DNA from: Zancudomyces culisetae HAW-14-8 | Lineage: Eukaryota > Fungi > Kickxellomycota | Length of the DNA: 64,000 nt | Direction: 5' to 3' | Assembly (NCBI GenBank): GCA_052426225.1 | Contig: JBNJNM010000010.1 | Span: 1,178,001 to 1,242,000 of the forward strand | Shown: positions 32,124-42,793 of the stretch, one piece after another | How positions within the stretch are numbered: position 1 is the stretch's first letter | Layout of the letters: the number at the start of each line of letters is the position of its first letter | Translations under genes and position numbers: made by a program | The notes under the pieces: generated by a model | Database searches by the model: none | What the model was told of the DNA's origin: nothing | The model's input: only the letters and a program-made list of their open reading frames with translations

Positions 32124-34076
32124 TCAAGAGAAAAAGTAGGTCACAATCTGGGAAGCAAGCCAGTTAGGTCGAGTAAGGACGAAATACTCGTTACATGGCT
32201 GGTTATCTTCTTTGACAGAACCGGAACAAATAACAAAGAAGGTTCTGGAACTGAGAGTCATGTAGTACTCGATTTGCTGTCTGTATTTAAACCAGGCAAT
32301 GGCCTGCATTTGCTGACAGGACTGAGGGTTGGCAATGTTTTTGAGGTTACAGTCTCCGCTGATAGACATACCGTCGACCATTAGCAGAAGAGGAACAGGG
32401 GGCAGAGATAAAGGAGACGAACCCAGGTCTTGTTGGTCAGACGAAGAGGAGTCGCGGACCTTGAGAAGGTAGTCGGTGTTGGTGTTGGTAGCAGAGGTGT
32501 AATCAACAGAAGAAGGTTGGGTGGTAACAAAAGGCTTGACGACAATGTCATCGAGCGAATCGTCAGAACCACCGAGTTGAGCAATGCGTCGTTGGAGTAA
32601 GCCGTAGCTATTGTCAAGAGGGTTCTGGTTTTGGGATGGAGAGTAGGAGTAGCTCTTTTGGGAGTCGGCAGAGGAGGAAGGGAAAGAAGGCCAGCGGAGA
32701 GGCCACGAACGCATTTGCAGAATGGAGTTAGTTTCGGCAGTGACATAATTTAGCAGAGCCTTGTACAAGCCAAGACCACTCCGGTTGTACTCAAAGTAGC
32801 GAGCCTGGTAGTAGTTGTTTGTGTTTGTGAGATAGCGCAGCAGATTTGTGGTTTCGGGGATGATGTAAGAATCCCAAACCTTGTTGTACGAGTGAACAAA
32901 TTGGAGAGGTGAAAAGACTCTAGCAGCTTGTAGAGACGAGGATTTAGATTCTTCGCTACCCTTATCAAAGTAGACGACGTCAGATGTCGATGCAGTTAGT
33001 TGTTTCAAGTTGGTTAGTGCAGATGTTTTGTTGAGGGCAAAGGCTTCAAGAATTCCCTGGTTGGGATAAGTGTTGAGAAGAGCCATTCCGTAAACAACAG
33101 AAGGATATTTTTGAATATAAAGTTGAGCATACAACCCACCGTCACCCCAACCTACAAATATTACTTTGCTGGAAATCGAATTTGCAACCAAGACTTGGTT
33201 GATCTGGTTGACGACTGCTGTCGGTTTTTGAGGATTGCGACCCGGCTGACTCCACCCATAGCCCGGTCGATCAATGACACACGCCTTGTAGCCAAGCGAT
33301 GCAATGCCACCCATCAAGTCCTTCATTGCTGAACCTGGATATCCAAACTCAGACAACAACACAAATGTGGCGGTGCCGTTGACATGTGTGGAATTTCCAA
33401 AGTTAGTTGTAGGGTTCATGCACCAGATATGCATATCGAACTGTGAATTCGAGCCTTCAATAATTACGGTTGTGGTGGTTCCTGGCATTGGATACACAAT
33501 CTCCCGGTTGGTGTTCCAGTATGCGTTGATAATTAAAGCAATAAGAATAATCTGTACCAGTATCCAGGTTACAAATGTAAAAATCATTCGAAGTATCTTC
33601 ATGACCAGCAACATACCTGTTGCATTTCTAATTCTCACTTCGGTATGCACAATTCCCATTATCTTGTCAACACAATATCCCCGCCTGGCACGCACCGCAT
33701 ACCAATAGATATATCCACCCAATGGTAATAGCAAAATGGACCACAACGCGGCAGGTACATAGCTCATAATCGAATATGCAATAATCAACAAAACTCCGTA
33801 TACACAAATCGTAATTGCATATATCATCCATATCAAACACAGCTGTAAATATCGCACCGCCGATCTAAACGTAGACATTACGAACAACGCCTGGAGCCCC
33901 GCAAGATACCCCGCAAATGTCAACCATACCAATGTGTATTCGTTGGAAGGAACAAGGCGGCCTCGAAAATTGGTTAAAACGCAGTATGCTATAAACCCGG
34001 CCAAAAACGCCAGTGTTATCGCGGATGTTATTAGCCCCGGGATAGTTATCACCGTGTTTTTTCTATAGTACCACAT
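32124..34076 (-). CDS. Multi-pass membrane protein with an alpha/beta-hydrolase-fold domain, probably non-catalytic
   Basis: About 5 hydrophobic N-terminal segments, MHIWC, ACVIDRPGYGWS, and a nucleophile elbow that reads FVGWGDGG (no Ser). Confidence 0.8.
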   Translation of the reverse strand: MWYYRKNTVITIPGLITSAITLAFLAGFIAYCVLTNFRGRLVPSNEYTLVWLTFAGYLAGLQALFVMSTFRSAVRYLQLCLIWMIYAITICVYGVLLIIAYSIMSYVPAALWSILLLPLGGYIYWYAVRARRGYCVDKIMGIVHTEVRIRNATGMLLVMKILRMIFTFVTWILVQIILIALIINAYWNTNREIVYPMPGTTTTVIIEGSNSQFDMHIWCMNPTTNFGNSTHVNGTATFVLLSEFGYPGSAMKDLMGGIASLGYKACVIDRPGYGWSQPGRNPQKPTAVVNQINQVLVANSISSKVIFVGWGDGGLYAQLYIQKYPSVVYGMALLNTYPNQGILEAFALNKTSALTNLKQLTASTSDVVYFDKGSEESKSSSLQAARVFSPLQFVHSYNKVWDSYIIPETTNLLRYLTNTNNYYQARYFEYNRSGLGLYKALLNYVTAETNSILQMRSWPLRWPSFPSSSADSQKSYSYSPSQNQNPLDNSYGLLQRRIAQLGGSDDSLDDIVVKPFVTTQPSSVDYTSATNTNTDYLLKVRDSSSSDQQDLGSSPLSLPPVPLLLMVDGMSISGDCNLKNIANPQSCQQMQAIAWFKYRQQIEYYMTLSSRTFFVICSGSVKEDNQPCNEYFVLTRPNWLASQIVTYFFS

Positions 34077-34185
34077 TCTATTGTCTCTATTTTGATGTAT
34101 ATCAACCTTTGTGTGTATGTATTAATGGTTTCTTTTTTGTATGTAAAAGTGTATGTTTGTAAGTGTATGTAAGTTTATGTAAGTT

Positions 34186-34207
34186 TGTGTGTGTGTGTGT
34201 GTGTGTG
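34186..34207. repeat. (TG)11 microsatellite preceded by imperfect 10-bp TGTAAGTKTA repeats
   Basis: Read directly. Confidence 0.85.
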
Positions 34208-36568
34208 AGCTTTTTTGCAACTGTGTAGAGAGCACCAGTTGCCTTGTTTTAGTATATTATTATCGACCTAGTAGTTTTTCCTTTCCTTTCCTTTTCTTTT
34301 CTTTTCTTTTCTATCTTATTGTTGAAGAGAATAAAAAGATGTCGTCGGTATCCTAGTTTTTAATAGTTGACTGTAATGCCTGTTTATTTCCTTGATGCCT
34401 ATATTATTTTCAGTTTCAGTTTCGGTTTTTTTTATTTTTACTTGATAGTGTTAGTCTTGTTTTTTGTTTCGCTATTCTTCTTTTGTTTGAAAAATATAAT
34501 CTAGTTATAAAAGAAGTGCAAAAAAAAAAACAGAGAATAATGAAAGTATATTAAAGTATACCAGAATGACAAAGTATTGAGGATACCATTTAAACTGTCA
34601 AAAACAAAACTGAATAAAACAAGCTATACTTGTATCAGTTTAGCGTGCGATTTCTGAGTCTAAATCGCAGTAAAAAAAAATATAAAAATATAAGAAAAAA
34701 CCCCACCAATAAACATACGGAATTTAGTGTCAATATAAAATATTTCAGTAATTTTTTCGTACTCTAGTTTTTCGACAAAAAAAAAATAAAATCACGATAT
34801 AAACGAATTGAAAGCCGCAAATAGTTTATACTTTTTCTTTTCTTTTTCTTGCAAAATGAAATAGGCCAAAAAAATAAAAAATAAAAAATAAATGTACATA
34901 AAAGTCATCAATTCCGCCAATTTAAAAAAAATCCTGGGTTTATATCACCATTTCATTTTTTTTTTGGCGTTTTGTATGGGGGAAGGGAGTAAACGAAAGA
35001 AAAAAAAGTAACGGGTCAATGTGGTTAATTAATACATTTATTTTTATTTTTATTTTTCCTGCATTTCTTGTATATAATAAGGACTAAACGTTTTGCGTTA
35101 TTTGTTTCAATTAAACGTGCCATTTTTCACCACTTTTATTATTATTTTATTTGTACTTTTTCATTTAGCACTTGGATTATTCCATTAATAGTTATGGACA
35201 AAAAAAAAGGGGGAGGGGACATGGGTTTATATGGAGTATTTACTATTATTAGTTTTTGCATATTGTTGATTGATCCACATAATCAACACTTTACAATGTA
35301 TTTATTGTTACCCACCTTATAAGACAGGAAAGCAGGAGGTAGTGAGAAGTGAGGGATCAGGTAGTTGGTTGATGAAAAAGAGGAGTAAATGACTATTTAC
35401 TACCCTGGGTTTATCTTTTTACTTTTTTTTTTTTCCGATTTCCACCACGACCACAACCAACAACAACAATAACAACAACAACAACTGCTACTGCTACTAT
35501 AACAAAAATAGGCGACCTATAAAGCAACCAACTTTTTTTTTTCTTGGCCCTTTTCAAAATTATTAATCACATTTCTCTCTCTATTCCTTTCCCTTCCTTC
35601 CATATCACTGTAACATTTCCTCCAATTTGTGTTTTGCTATTTCATTTACCAATATTTCCTTGCATTAACGATTATATTATTAAAAAAAAGAATAAATTAG
35701 CAAAAAAAAAAAAAAAAAAAAGTCCAACGAATAAAAACCAACCAATAAATATCCAAAACTAAACACACAATTATCAACAAACGCGTTTTCCAAACAATTA
35801 CGCAAATTCGTTTTCTTTTTACTTTTTAACAAGAATTTCAGTTTTAAGTTTTAAATTCCAAATTCCCAAATTCCCAAATTCCCTAATTCTCAATTCTTTT
35901 GATTTTTATAATTTATTTTTTTTGGCATTTTCATGTCATTTTGCATTTTTTTTCTTTAATCGCCCCATAAATCTAGAATTAGCTAGTTTTGTCCAAAAAA
36001 TAACACTCTTTCTCACTCTCTTCATCGCTTCTCCTCTTCTCCTCATCCCCTCCATATCCTTGTTTATTTTACAATTTACGTTTTATATTAACAACTATTT
36101 AATCCCATTCTATCCCATTCTATCCAATTCCCATAATATCCCATTTAGTTTAGCTTAATTTAATTTTCATTTTAATACCTGACTTTCTTGTTGTTTGTGG
36201 TCCTGGATTTATCCACAAATTTTCGCGTTTTTTTCCATTTTTGAATCAATCTACCATTCAAAACAAAACAAAACAAAAAAATTTTTTTTCACATATTTTA
36301 ATTTAACGCAGTCTCCTCATCCTCCTCCCTCCACTTACAATAACATTTTTACATACATTTTTACGTATTTTCACAAAGTTTTTTCATTCCCATAAAAAAC
36401 TTTTTTTTTTTACATCAATACTCAAACTCTTGGAAATGATCTCGAACTGTCTCCAATATTCAGTTTCTCTGTTGCTTTAAATATATTTTATCAATATAAC
36501 CCTGTGTAATAAAAAAAAAAGTAAAACAAATATAATAAAACGTATAAATATTATGAAATAATAATTCC

Positions 36569-39500
36569 TTAGAATAAATAAATTAATATACTAGCCAGTA
36601 TCCCACCCAAATCAAACTCGTGTATACGTGGAGAGCTGGTTGTTAATTTAGTATTCTCACTAGTTGTAACATTTGCTGTATTTGTCTCTGTATTTGTATC
36701 TGTGGTTGTGGTTGTGGTTGTGGTTGTAATGGCATCAACGTCAATGGGCTCTACAGAGGTCATGGGTTTATCATCTTGCTTCGATGTTTCCTCAACTTTT
36801 ACCACATTTTGATTTTGATTTTGATTTTGATTTCCTTCTGGCACTGATTTCATTTCTACATCAACCAGATTTTCAACTTTTTGATCATTTTGATCATTCC
36901 CACTACCACTGTTACTACCACCATCTTGACAAGCTGACACTGGTTTTGCCGAAATACCATAAACACCATTCAAAATAGTCTCTAATAGCAACTTGATCCT
37001 GTTTTGCAAATACTCCAGTACCACCTCGTTCATGTTTTGTTCAGTTGTATCTACTCCTGCCACATCGCCGTCCACTTGTAGTTGGTTTAAACGGGTGAAT
37101 AGCTCTGTATCAATTTCGAATTTAATCTTTTTCTCGTCGCTTTGCGAATCTGGAATATCGTATATTCTCAGTGGCAAAAATACAGGTTGTGAATGTGTTT
37201 GTTTAACATCTGGTTGTGGTTGTGGTTGTATAGTAGAGTCAACTTGCATCTCTGTGACACCAGAATCAGCATTTTGATCATCTACTATAGTAGTAGTAGT
37301 TGTTGTTGTTGTTGATGTACTTTGTCCCTCATTAGTTTCAACATTTTTAATAGATTCAGTCGTCTTTTCTTTCAAGAGGAATTTAAACGTCACCAAGAAA
37401 TATCCAGAATTATTACCAAACCCATCAGCATCAGCATCAGCATCAGTGCCATTTTCAGTTGTTTTGATGTATCGATAATCAACCAATTTGCCAGTATTTG
37501 CAAATTCGTTTGTTAAAAGCACTGGGAATTCAATATCATCCACAACTTTGTCAACCAAAAATGCTGGTTGTGTAGTCAAGACCGGATTTGTTTTCAAGGA
37601 CGATAAAATATCCATTGAAGAAGAAGAAGAGGAAGAAGAGGAGGAGGAGGAGGAAAGTGGCGACAAGACAGTATCAGATTTGACTTTTAATATCCGGTAA
37701 ATATCTCCACCACCTTGTTCACCCTGTTCACCAGCACTATCCTCCAATATATCATTGGAACAACCATCAGTTGGATTCTTATTAGTCGCAAGTAATGATA
37801 GGAAAAGCAAAAGGTACTGTCGGGTTCTCAAACTAAATAGGTTGACGATAAAATTGGAAACCATCGAGAATGCCAAGTTTGAATTTGTTTGTGTGGTGGA
37901 ATAATCCAAAACCAATTGGTTGAGACGCTGTGTTAGTTTATCCTCCTCGGTTATTTGATTTTGGTTAGTTTTGGCCAACTTGACAATTTTAAGTTTATGA
38001 GAAACATAAAAAAAATCTAAACAAGAATCCTTCTGTTGTTGTTGTTGTTGTTGTTGTTTTTTGTCAGTAATGATTTGTTCATTTGATGGAAACACTCTAA
38101 AATGAACATACTTGTTATAAATATTCCACAAATAGTTGGTTTGACAATATGCAAATTTCCACCCAAGCTCATTACTATTGGTGGCATCGTTGGAAGTTGA
38201 GTCGAGAAGGCAATGACGATGACGATGACGATAGCCAAGGTGAGTAGGGAATAGCGAAGAATTCCATACCGTGGTTGTATAAACATAATGTACAAAATGG
38301 AGCATAAAGGCAGAAAGGTTTGGTTTGGAAATTAAAAGATTATACTTTTTCTGATCAATTGCGATCACCCCACTTGCCTTAACTCCAAATCCTCTAGCCA
38401 ACACAAAATCTACAAACTGTGAATAGTTTAGAGGATCGAAATACGTAGTTGATTCAGATGCTCGACAACCCGATTTGTGGGTAATTGCTGACTGTACATG
38501 CGAATATAAAACCGAATCCGGATTTGAATTAGAACCGAGATTGGAACTGAAATGGGAACTCAAATCAAATTCCAAATTTTTACATCCACACTCTTGTACT
38601 TTGATATCTAATGATCCTTGGGAATCACAAACCTTGCGTTCTTTTAGCGATACCAAAAACACATCTGATGAATATTTCTCAACCGTCAATAAATGAGCAT
38701 TGGCAATATAGTACTGAAAGGATACTGCAGATTTTGAAAGAATTTCAATTGACACCTGAGCTGGTTGGCCGCTTCCAAACGACCGAACAATCGCATCATC
38801 ACTGGAATTAAGGTTTGTCAGGAATGAATCGTATGTTGCAGGATCAATTAGGAGCGAACATGGATTTTTGGTAAACACCGATGAACGACAAGAATACAAC
38901 AGGCAGTTGTAGGATGCTGTTACAATATTCAAAAAGGCATTTAGGTTCAAAAGACCCAATTCCGGGTTATTGCTAAACCCTTTTTGATAGTTATGGTTAT
39001 GGTTATGGTTATGGCTATGGTTTGAATTCAGTAGAATCTTGTAGTAAACAAGATAACTCTTGAACATTCCACAAATTTGACCCAGCATGTATTTAATATT
39101 TGCGCTATTTTTGTTGTTGTTGTTGTTGTTGTTATTATTATTATTATTGAAGGAGGAGGAGTTGGAGGAGGAGGAGGAAAATAACAAGTCGAGAGCCAAA
39201 TTGGAGGCACAAGAAGAACACCTAGTTGTAGATTTGCACTTGTTGGAGCAAATAAATGGTTGGTATTCGCTAGGAGTAGCAGAATCGTGTTTTGTACAAA
39301 AAGCAACATCATAATTAAGAGTAGTAATAGATTTTTTAGGCACAGAAGAGCAGTAATAGCTTAGATAAAGATTGGGAACAATACCAGTTTCAACAGTTAG
39401 TTTGGGACCACTGCTTCCACTGACAGTAGGTTCAGATGCCTTTGAATTGCCCAAAAACTTACAAGTGGTACTGCTAATCAGTTCAAACGAAATGTTCCGG

Positions 39501-42500
39501 CCAATGGAAAGATGTCTCGACAAGGAATTCACTAGCGTCAGCTGAATCCACGTATATAAGAGCTGTACTACTGCCGTTTGCAGACGCATATAAGCTACCC
39601 TGATGACTACAAATCCGTCTCTACCGCCAAAATTTCCAGAAACATTGGCATTAAAATCAGAATAAAAACTATACGTAGAGTATATTTTCAAAAGCTTTGC
39701 TGGAATAGCCGCAACAGGAATAGGAATTTCGGCAACAACACAGTACTTGTCATGGTTGTGTTTACTAGCAATTCGCTGAGGAAGTTCGGTAACTTTGGTT
39801 ATTTTCAAAGCAACCATTTTATCCAAATGTAGCTGGATATTTCCAAAATCCAACAGAGAAGAATCAAGTTTTGAAGCAGATAAAAGAGACGAAATCGGAA
39901 TATAAACACAAGGCGGGTTTGGTTTTGGCATATCTGTAGAAAATGCATCTTGATAAACTCCATAAACCATATTCATTGCTTTAAGCTGGTTCAACACGGT
40001 ACGATACCCGATTACACCACGGCATTCCTGCAACAGCTTGCCCAGAAACTGGCGAGGGATTTTGGATCTCCCTTGCAACACTGCGGAAATCCACGCCGCA
40101 GAATCTAAATGCTGAACTGTCGTATCGCCACCCGTTTGTTGCAAGTGTTTTAGAATTCCATTTACATCCAAATTGGAGATGGAAACCAGTTCGTCGTATT
40201 CGGATTTGACCGGGTTGGGAGCAAGTTGGAGTAGATAAAACTTGAGTTCTTGGTTCAAACTAACAAGAATAAACCACTTGAAATCATTCGTGTTGGCAAA
40301 GACACTGATGTTTTGGATGCGGATAATGCGAATAAACTCAATGTTCTTGACATGAGCTATCTGCTCAACCAATCTATTCTTGTCATACTCGCTCAGCAAC
40401 AATGGAATTTGGTTTAATCGGCTACCCTGCTTGTTGTATCCATATACATTTACATATACACTCTTGGGATTCAACACTGCCGGCTCGATTCCTGCCGTGT
40501 TTTGCACCAGCCAATCGATATCCTTAAGTGTCGAAATCCACCGCAACTCCAACACCATCTCACACAATCGCCACGGCCGCTGATTCAATGCATTTTCCAT
40601 CCGCCCCAAAATATCGCTATCCGTAACCGAATGCGAACTGGCTGTGCTGGCAGCCGACGCACTCACCCGCAATCTGCCTGTAACCACATCTACCGAAATA
40701 TCAACGGCAGACTCTCGGCTCCGATACCAAACCCGCAACATTTCAATGTCCTTTTCATAATAGTTGTCTTCAATTGTCACCACCTCAATATCCGCATTGT
40801 CCATGTGGTCTGCTTTTGTCATTACCTCTTTCAACTCCAATATTATCGCCCGACTGTGTCGCTTCAACACTTGCACAAGTATCTTCTCAACGTTCAGCTG
40901 TGTAGAATCCATCTCAATCATTTCATCTCCCATTACGTCCTTCACATCTCCATACTTTGGCTCGCTATGCCAGACTTCCGTTTGTAGCCCTGAATTGGCT
41001 CTCCACTCAACCATCAACCCTGTCTTTGTCGCCAGCGTTTTTTTCTTTGCTTCTCGTATCTTCAATTCCCTCACCAACTCGCTATTTCCCTGCTTTGCCT
41101 CCAATGCCTCAATGTATTTGTTCGTCTCTCCTCTAACTCCTGCATGGTCTGCCCGCTCTACATTCAGTGTACGCATTCGTATCCGCAAATAATTGTTCCC
41201 CACCACTCCTATCATCTCCTTGTTTGCCCTCGTCTCTCCTCCACTTCTCATTGTCTGCGGAGGTAGTGCTGTTGCTGCTACTCGTGATACCCAATACCTA
41301 ATCGTCAGCGTTGTTCTCCCGGCATCCATTTCCACCTGCAAATGTCGAGTATAGTTGTTTTGTGCCAATACCATTGCCTGCAAGTACATTGTTTCCAGCA
41401 TTATTTGCAGACTATACATATGCAAAAAATCGTACAATTGTGCCAGCGGAGGAACTGTTGCTGCAAGTTTCTCTCGTATTTTTCTCGCTTCAATCCGCCT
41501 GCTTTCTATCCTTGCTTCTGCTTCTGTTTTTGCTTTTGCATCCGCATCCGCATCCACTTCTACTTCCATTCCTGTCTCGTTATCCATTCCCAATCTTCCT
41601 TCTCCGAGTGCTTCCTCTATCTCTTCTTCTACTCGTGCTAATGCTTGTGCCTCAAGTTCTGCTCCAATTAATACATTCTGACACACTCCAACCAACTTTT
41701 TGCTCTGTGCTTTGTCTATTGTTGGTTTCATTTCGGCCACCATCTCCTCCTCTCCGCTCACCAATACTTTTGCCTCAATCACATGCCACGGAACCCGTCT
41801 ACTAAATTGCAATAGCGTAAGCGTAACTTCAAACTCGTTGCTTACCACAAACTTTACTCGTCCGCTTTCCACTTGGAAATCCCGCATCGCTATTGGAATT
41901 GTATCGTGTAAAAGCAACCGATTTCGAATATTGTCTTCTATAGTTTTGATACTCTTTAGCTTTTCCTTTACTGTCAACTCCTTGGGTCGGATATACTTGT
42001 TTTTCATCGACTCGGGAAATCCCAAAAACATCCGCTTAGTACTCACATCTATCGAATTCCTCAAATCATATTCTCTCACTCGGTTCTGTGATAACAGCAG
42101 GCTTATCCCATACAACCCATCCACTGCCCGCACAAACGTCGCATTCTGCTCCTGCAGAAACGCTATAATGTTTGTCGCCCGCTGTACTTTGTCTGCATTG
42201 TGTGCCCACCGCACTATTGCTGCCAACTTGACAAAATTACTTCGCTGCTGAAACGTATACTCGAGCGCCACCCGCTTCTTTGCCTCTTCTTCCATACTCG
42301 GCATCGTCTCTATTAAATTTACCAACTCGGTATATGCTGCATTCACCACCCCATCTATCACCTGCGTCAATGGAACTGTCCCTTCTTTAACTTCTGGAAG
42401 CTTGTCTATTGCCCTTCTCACCCTACTTTCCTCATCCATTAAACCCTCCCCCTCCCCCTCCCCCTCTTCCCGCTCCTCTTCTCCTTCCTCCTGCTGCTCC

Positions 42501-42703
42501 CGTGCTACCCTCTTATTGCTTTTATTCTCGTTAATCTGTACATCTCTTTCTCCCTCTCGTGCCCTTAGGTTTTTATTTTCAATTACTGCTTGCTTATCCT
42601 TGATGTTATTTATCATTGTTCTCCCATGTCCCAGATTATTCGTGTTTATACTTGTATTGTTTGGTATCCCTAGTATTCTAATCCGAGTGCTTTTTTCTGT
42701 CAT
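36569..42703 (-). CDS. MED14: Mediator subunit Med14/Rgr1 (2044 aa, single ORF, divergent low-complexity C-terminal half)
   Basis: Med14 N-terminal domain LPEVKEGTVPLTQVI...AYTELVNLIETM...KKRVALEY...QRSNFVKLAAIVRW...YDLRNSIDV...GRVKFVVSNEFEVTLT...PW. Confidence 0.88.
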   Translation of the reverse strand: MTEKSTRIRILGIPNNTSINTNNLGHGRTMINNIKDKQAVIENKNLRAREGERDVQINENKSNKRVAREQQEEGEEEREEGEGEGEGLMDEESRVRRAIDKLPEVKEGTVPLTQVIDGVVNAAYTELVNLIETMPSMEEEAKKRVALEYTFQQRSNFVKLAAIVRWAHNADKVQRATNIIAFLQEQNATFVRAVDGLYGISLLLSQNRVREYDLRNSIDVSTKRMFLGFPESMKNKYIRPKELTVKEKLKSIKTIEDNIRNRLLLHDTIPIAMRDFQVESGRVKFVVSNEFEVTLTLLQFSRRVPWHVIEAKVLVSGEEEMVAEMKPTIDKAQSKKLVGVCQNVLIGAELEAQALARVEEEIEEALGEGRLGMDNETGMEVEVDADADAKAKTEAEARIESRRIEARKIREKLAATVPPLAQLYDFLHMYSLQIMLETMYLQAMVLAQNNYTRHLQVEMDAGRTTLTIRYWVSRVAATALPPQTMRSGGETRANKEMIGVVGNNYLRIRMRTLNVERADHAGVRGETNKYIEALEAKQGNSELVRELKIREAKKKTLATKTGLMVEWRANSGLQTEVWHSEPKYGDVKDVMGDEMIEMDSTQLNVEKILVQVLKRHSRAIILELKEVMTKADHMDNADIEVVTIEDNYYEKDIEMLRVWYRSRESAVDISVDVVTGRLRVSASAASTASSHSVTDSDILGRMENALNQRPWRLCEMVLELRWISTLKDIDWLVQNTAGIEPAVLNPKSVYVNVYGYNKQGSRLNQIPLLLSEYDKNRLVEQIAHVKNIEFIRIIRIQNISVFANTNDFKWFILVSLNQELKFYLLQLAPNPVKSEYDELVSISNLDVNGILKHLQQTGGDTTVQHLDSAAWISAVLQGRSKIPRQFLGKLLQECRGVIGYRTVLNQLKAMNMVYGVYQDAFSTDMPKPNPPCVYIPISSLLSASKLDSSLLDFGNIQLHLDKMVALKITKVTELPQRIASKHNHDKYCVVAEIPIPVAAIPAKLLKIYSTYSFYSDFNANVSGNFGGRDGFVVIRVAYMRLQTAVVQLLYTWIQLTLVNSLSRHLSIGRNISFELISSTTCKFLGNSKASEPTVSGSSGPKLTVETGIVPNLYLSYYCSSVPKKSITTLNYDVAFCTKHDSATPSEYQPFICSNKCKSTTRCSSCASNLALDLLFSSSSSNSSSFNNNNNNNNNNNNKNSANIKYMLGQICGMFKSYLVYYKILLNSNHSHNHNHNHNYQKGFSNNPELGLLNLNAFLNIVTASYNCLLYSCRSSVFTKNPCSLLIDPATYDSFLTNLNSSDDAIVRSFGSGQPAQVSIEILSKSAVSFQYYIANAHLLTVEKYSSDVFLVSLKERKVCDSQGSLDIKVQECGCKNLEFDLSSHFSSNLGSNSNPDSVLYSHVQSAITHKSGCRASESTTYFDPLNYSQFVDFVLARGFGVKASGVIAIDQKKYNLLISKPNLSAFMLHFVHYVYTTTVWNSSLFPTHLGYRHRHRHCLLDSTSNDATNSNELGWKFAYCQTNYLWNIYNKYVHFRVFPSNEQIITDKKQQQQQQQQKDSCLDFFYVSHKLKIVKLAKTNQNQITEEDKLTQRLNQLVLDYSTTQTNSNLAFSMVSNFIVNLFSLRTRQYLLLFLSLLATNKNPTDGCSNDILEDSAGEQGEQGGGDIYRILKVKSDTVLSPLSSSSSSSSSSSSSMDILSSLKTNPVLTTQPAFLVDKVVDDIEFPVLLTNEFANTGKLVDYRYIKTTENGTDADADADGFGNNSGYFLVTFKFLLKEKTTESIKNVETNEGQSTSTTTTTTTTIVDDQNADSGVTEMQVDSTIQPQPQPDVKQTHSQPVFLPLRIYDIPDSQSDEKKIKFEIDTELFTRLNQLQVDGDVAGVDTTEQNMNEVVLEYLQNRIKLLLETILNGVYGISAKPVSACQDGGSNSGSGNDQNDQKVENLVDVEMKSVPEGNQNQNQNQNVVKVEETSKQDDKPMTSVEPIDVDAITTTTTTTTTDTNTETNTANVTTSENTKLTTSSPRIHEFDLGGILASILIYLF

Positions 42704-42706
42704 CTT

Positions 42707-42793
42707 TTATCCCTTTTTAAACCTCTTGGTCTCAGTTTCTTTTATATGTTCGTCCCAATTTGCTCTTTCTTCCTTGTCCTTTGTCTTTTTCAT
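42707..42793 (-). other. 28-codon upstream ORF in frame with MED14
   Basis: ATG at 42793 encodes MKKTKDKEERANWDEHIKETETKRFKKG, then TAA-AAG-ATG(42703). Confidence 0.5.
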
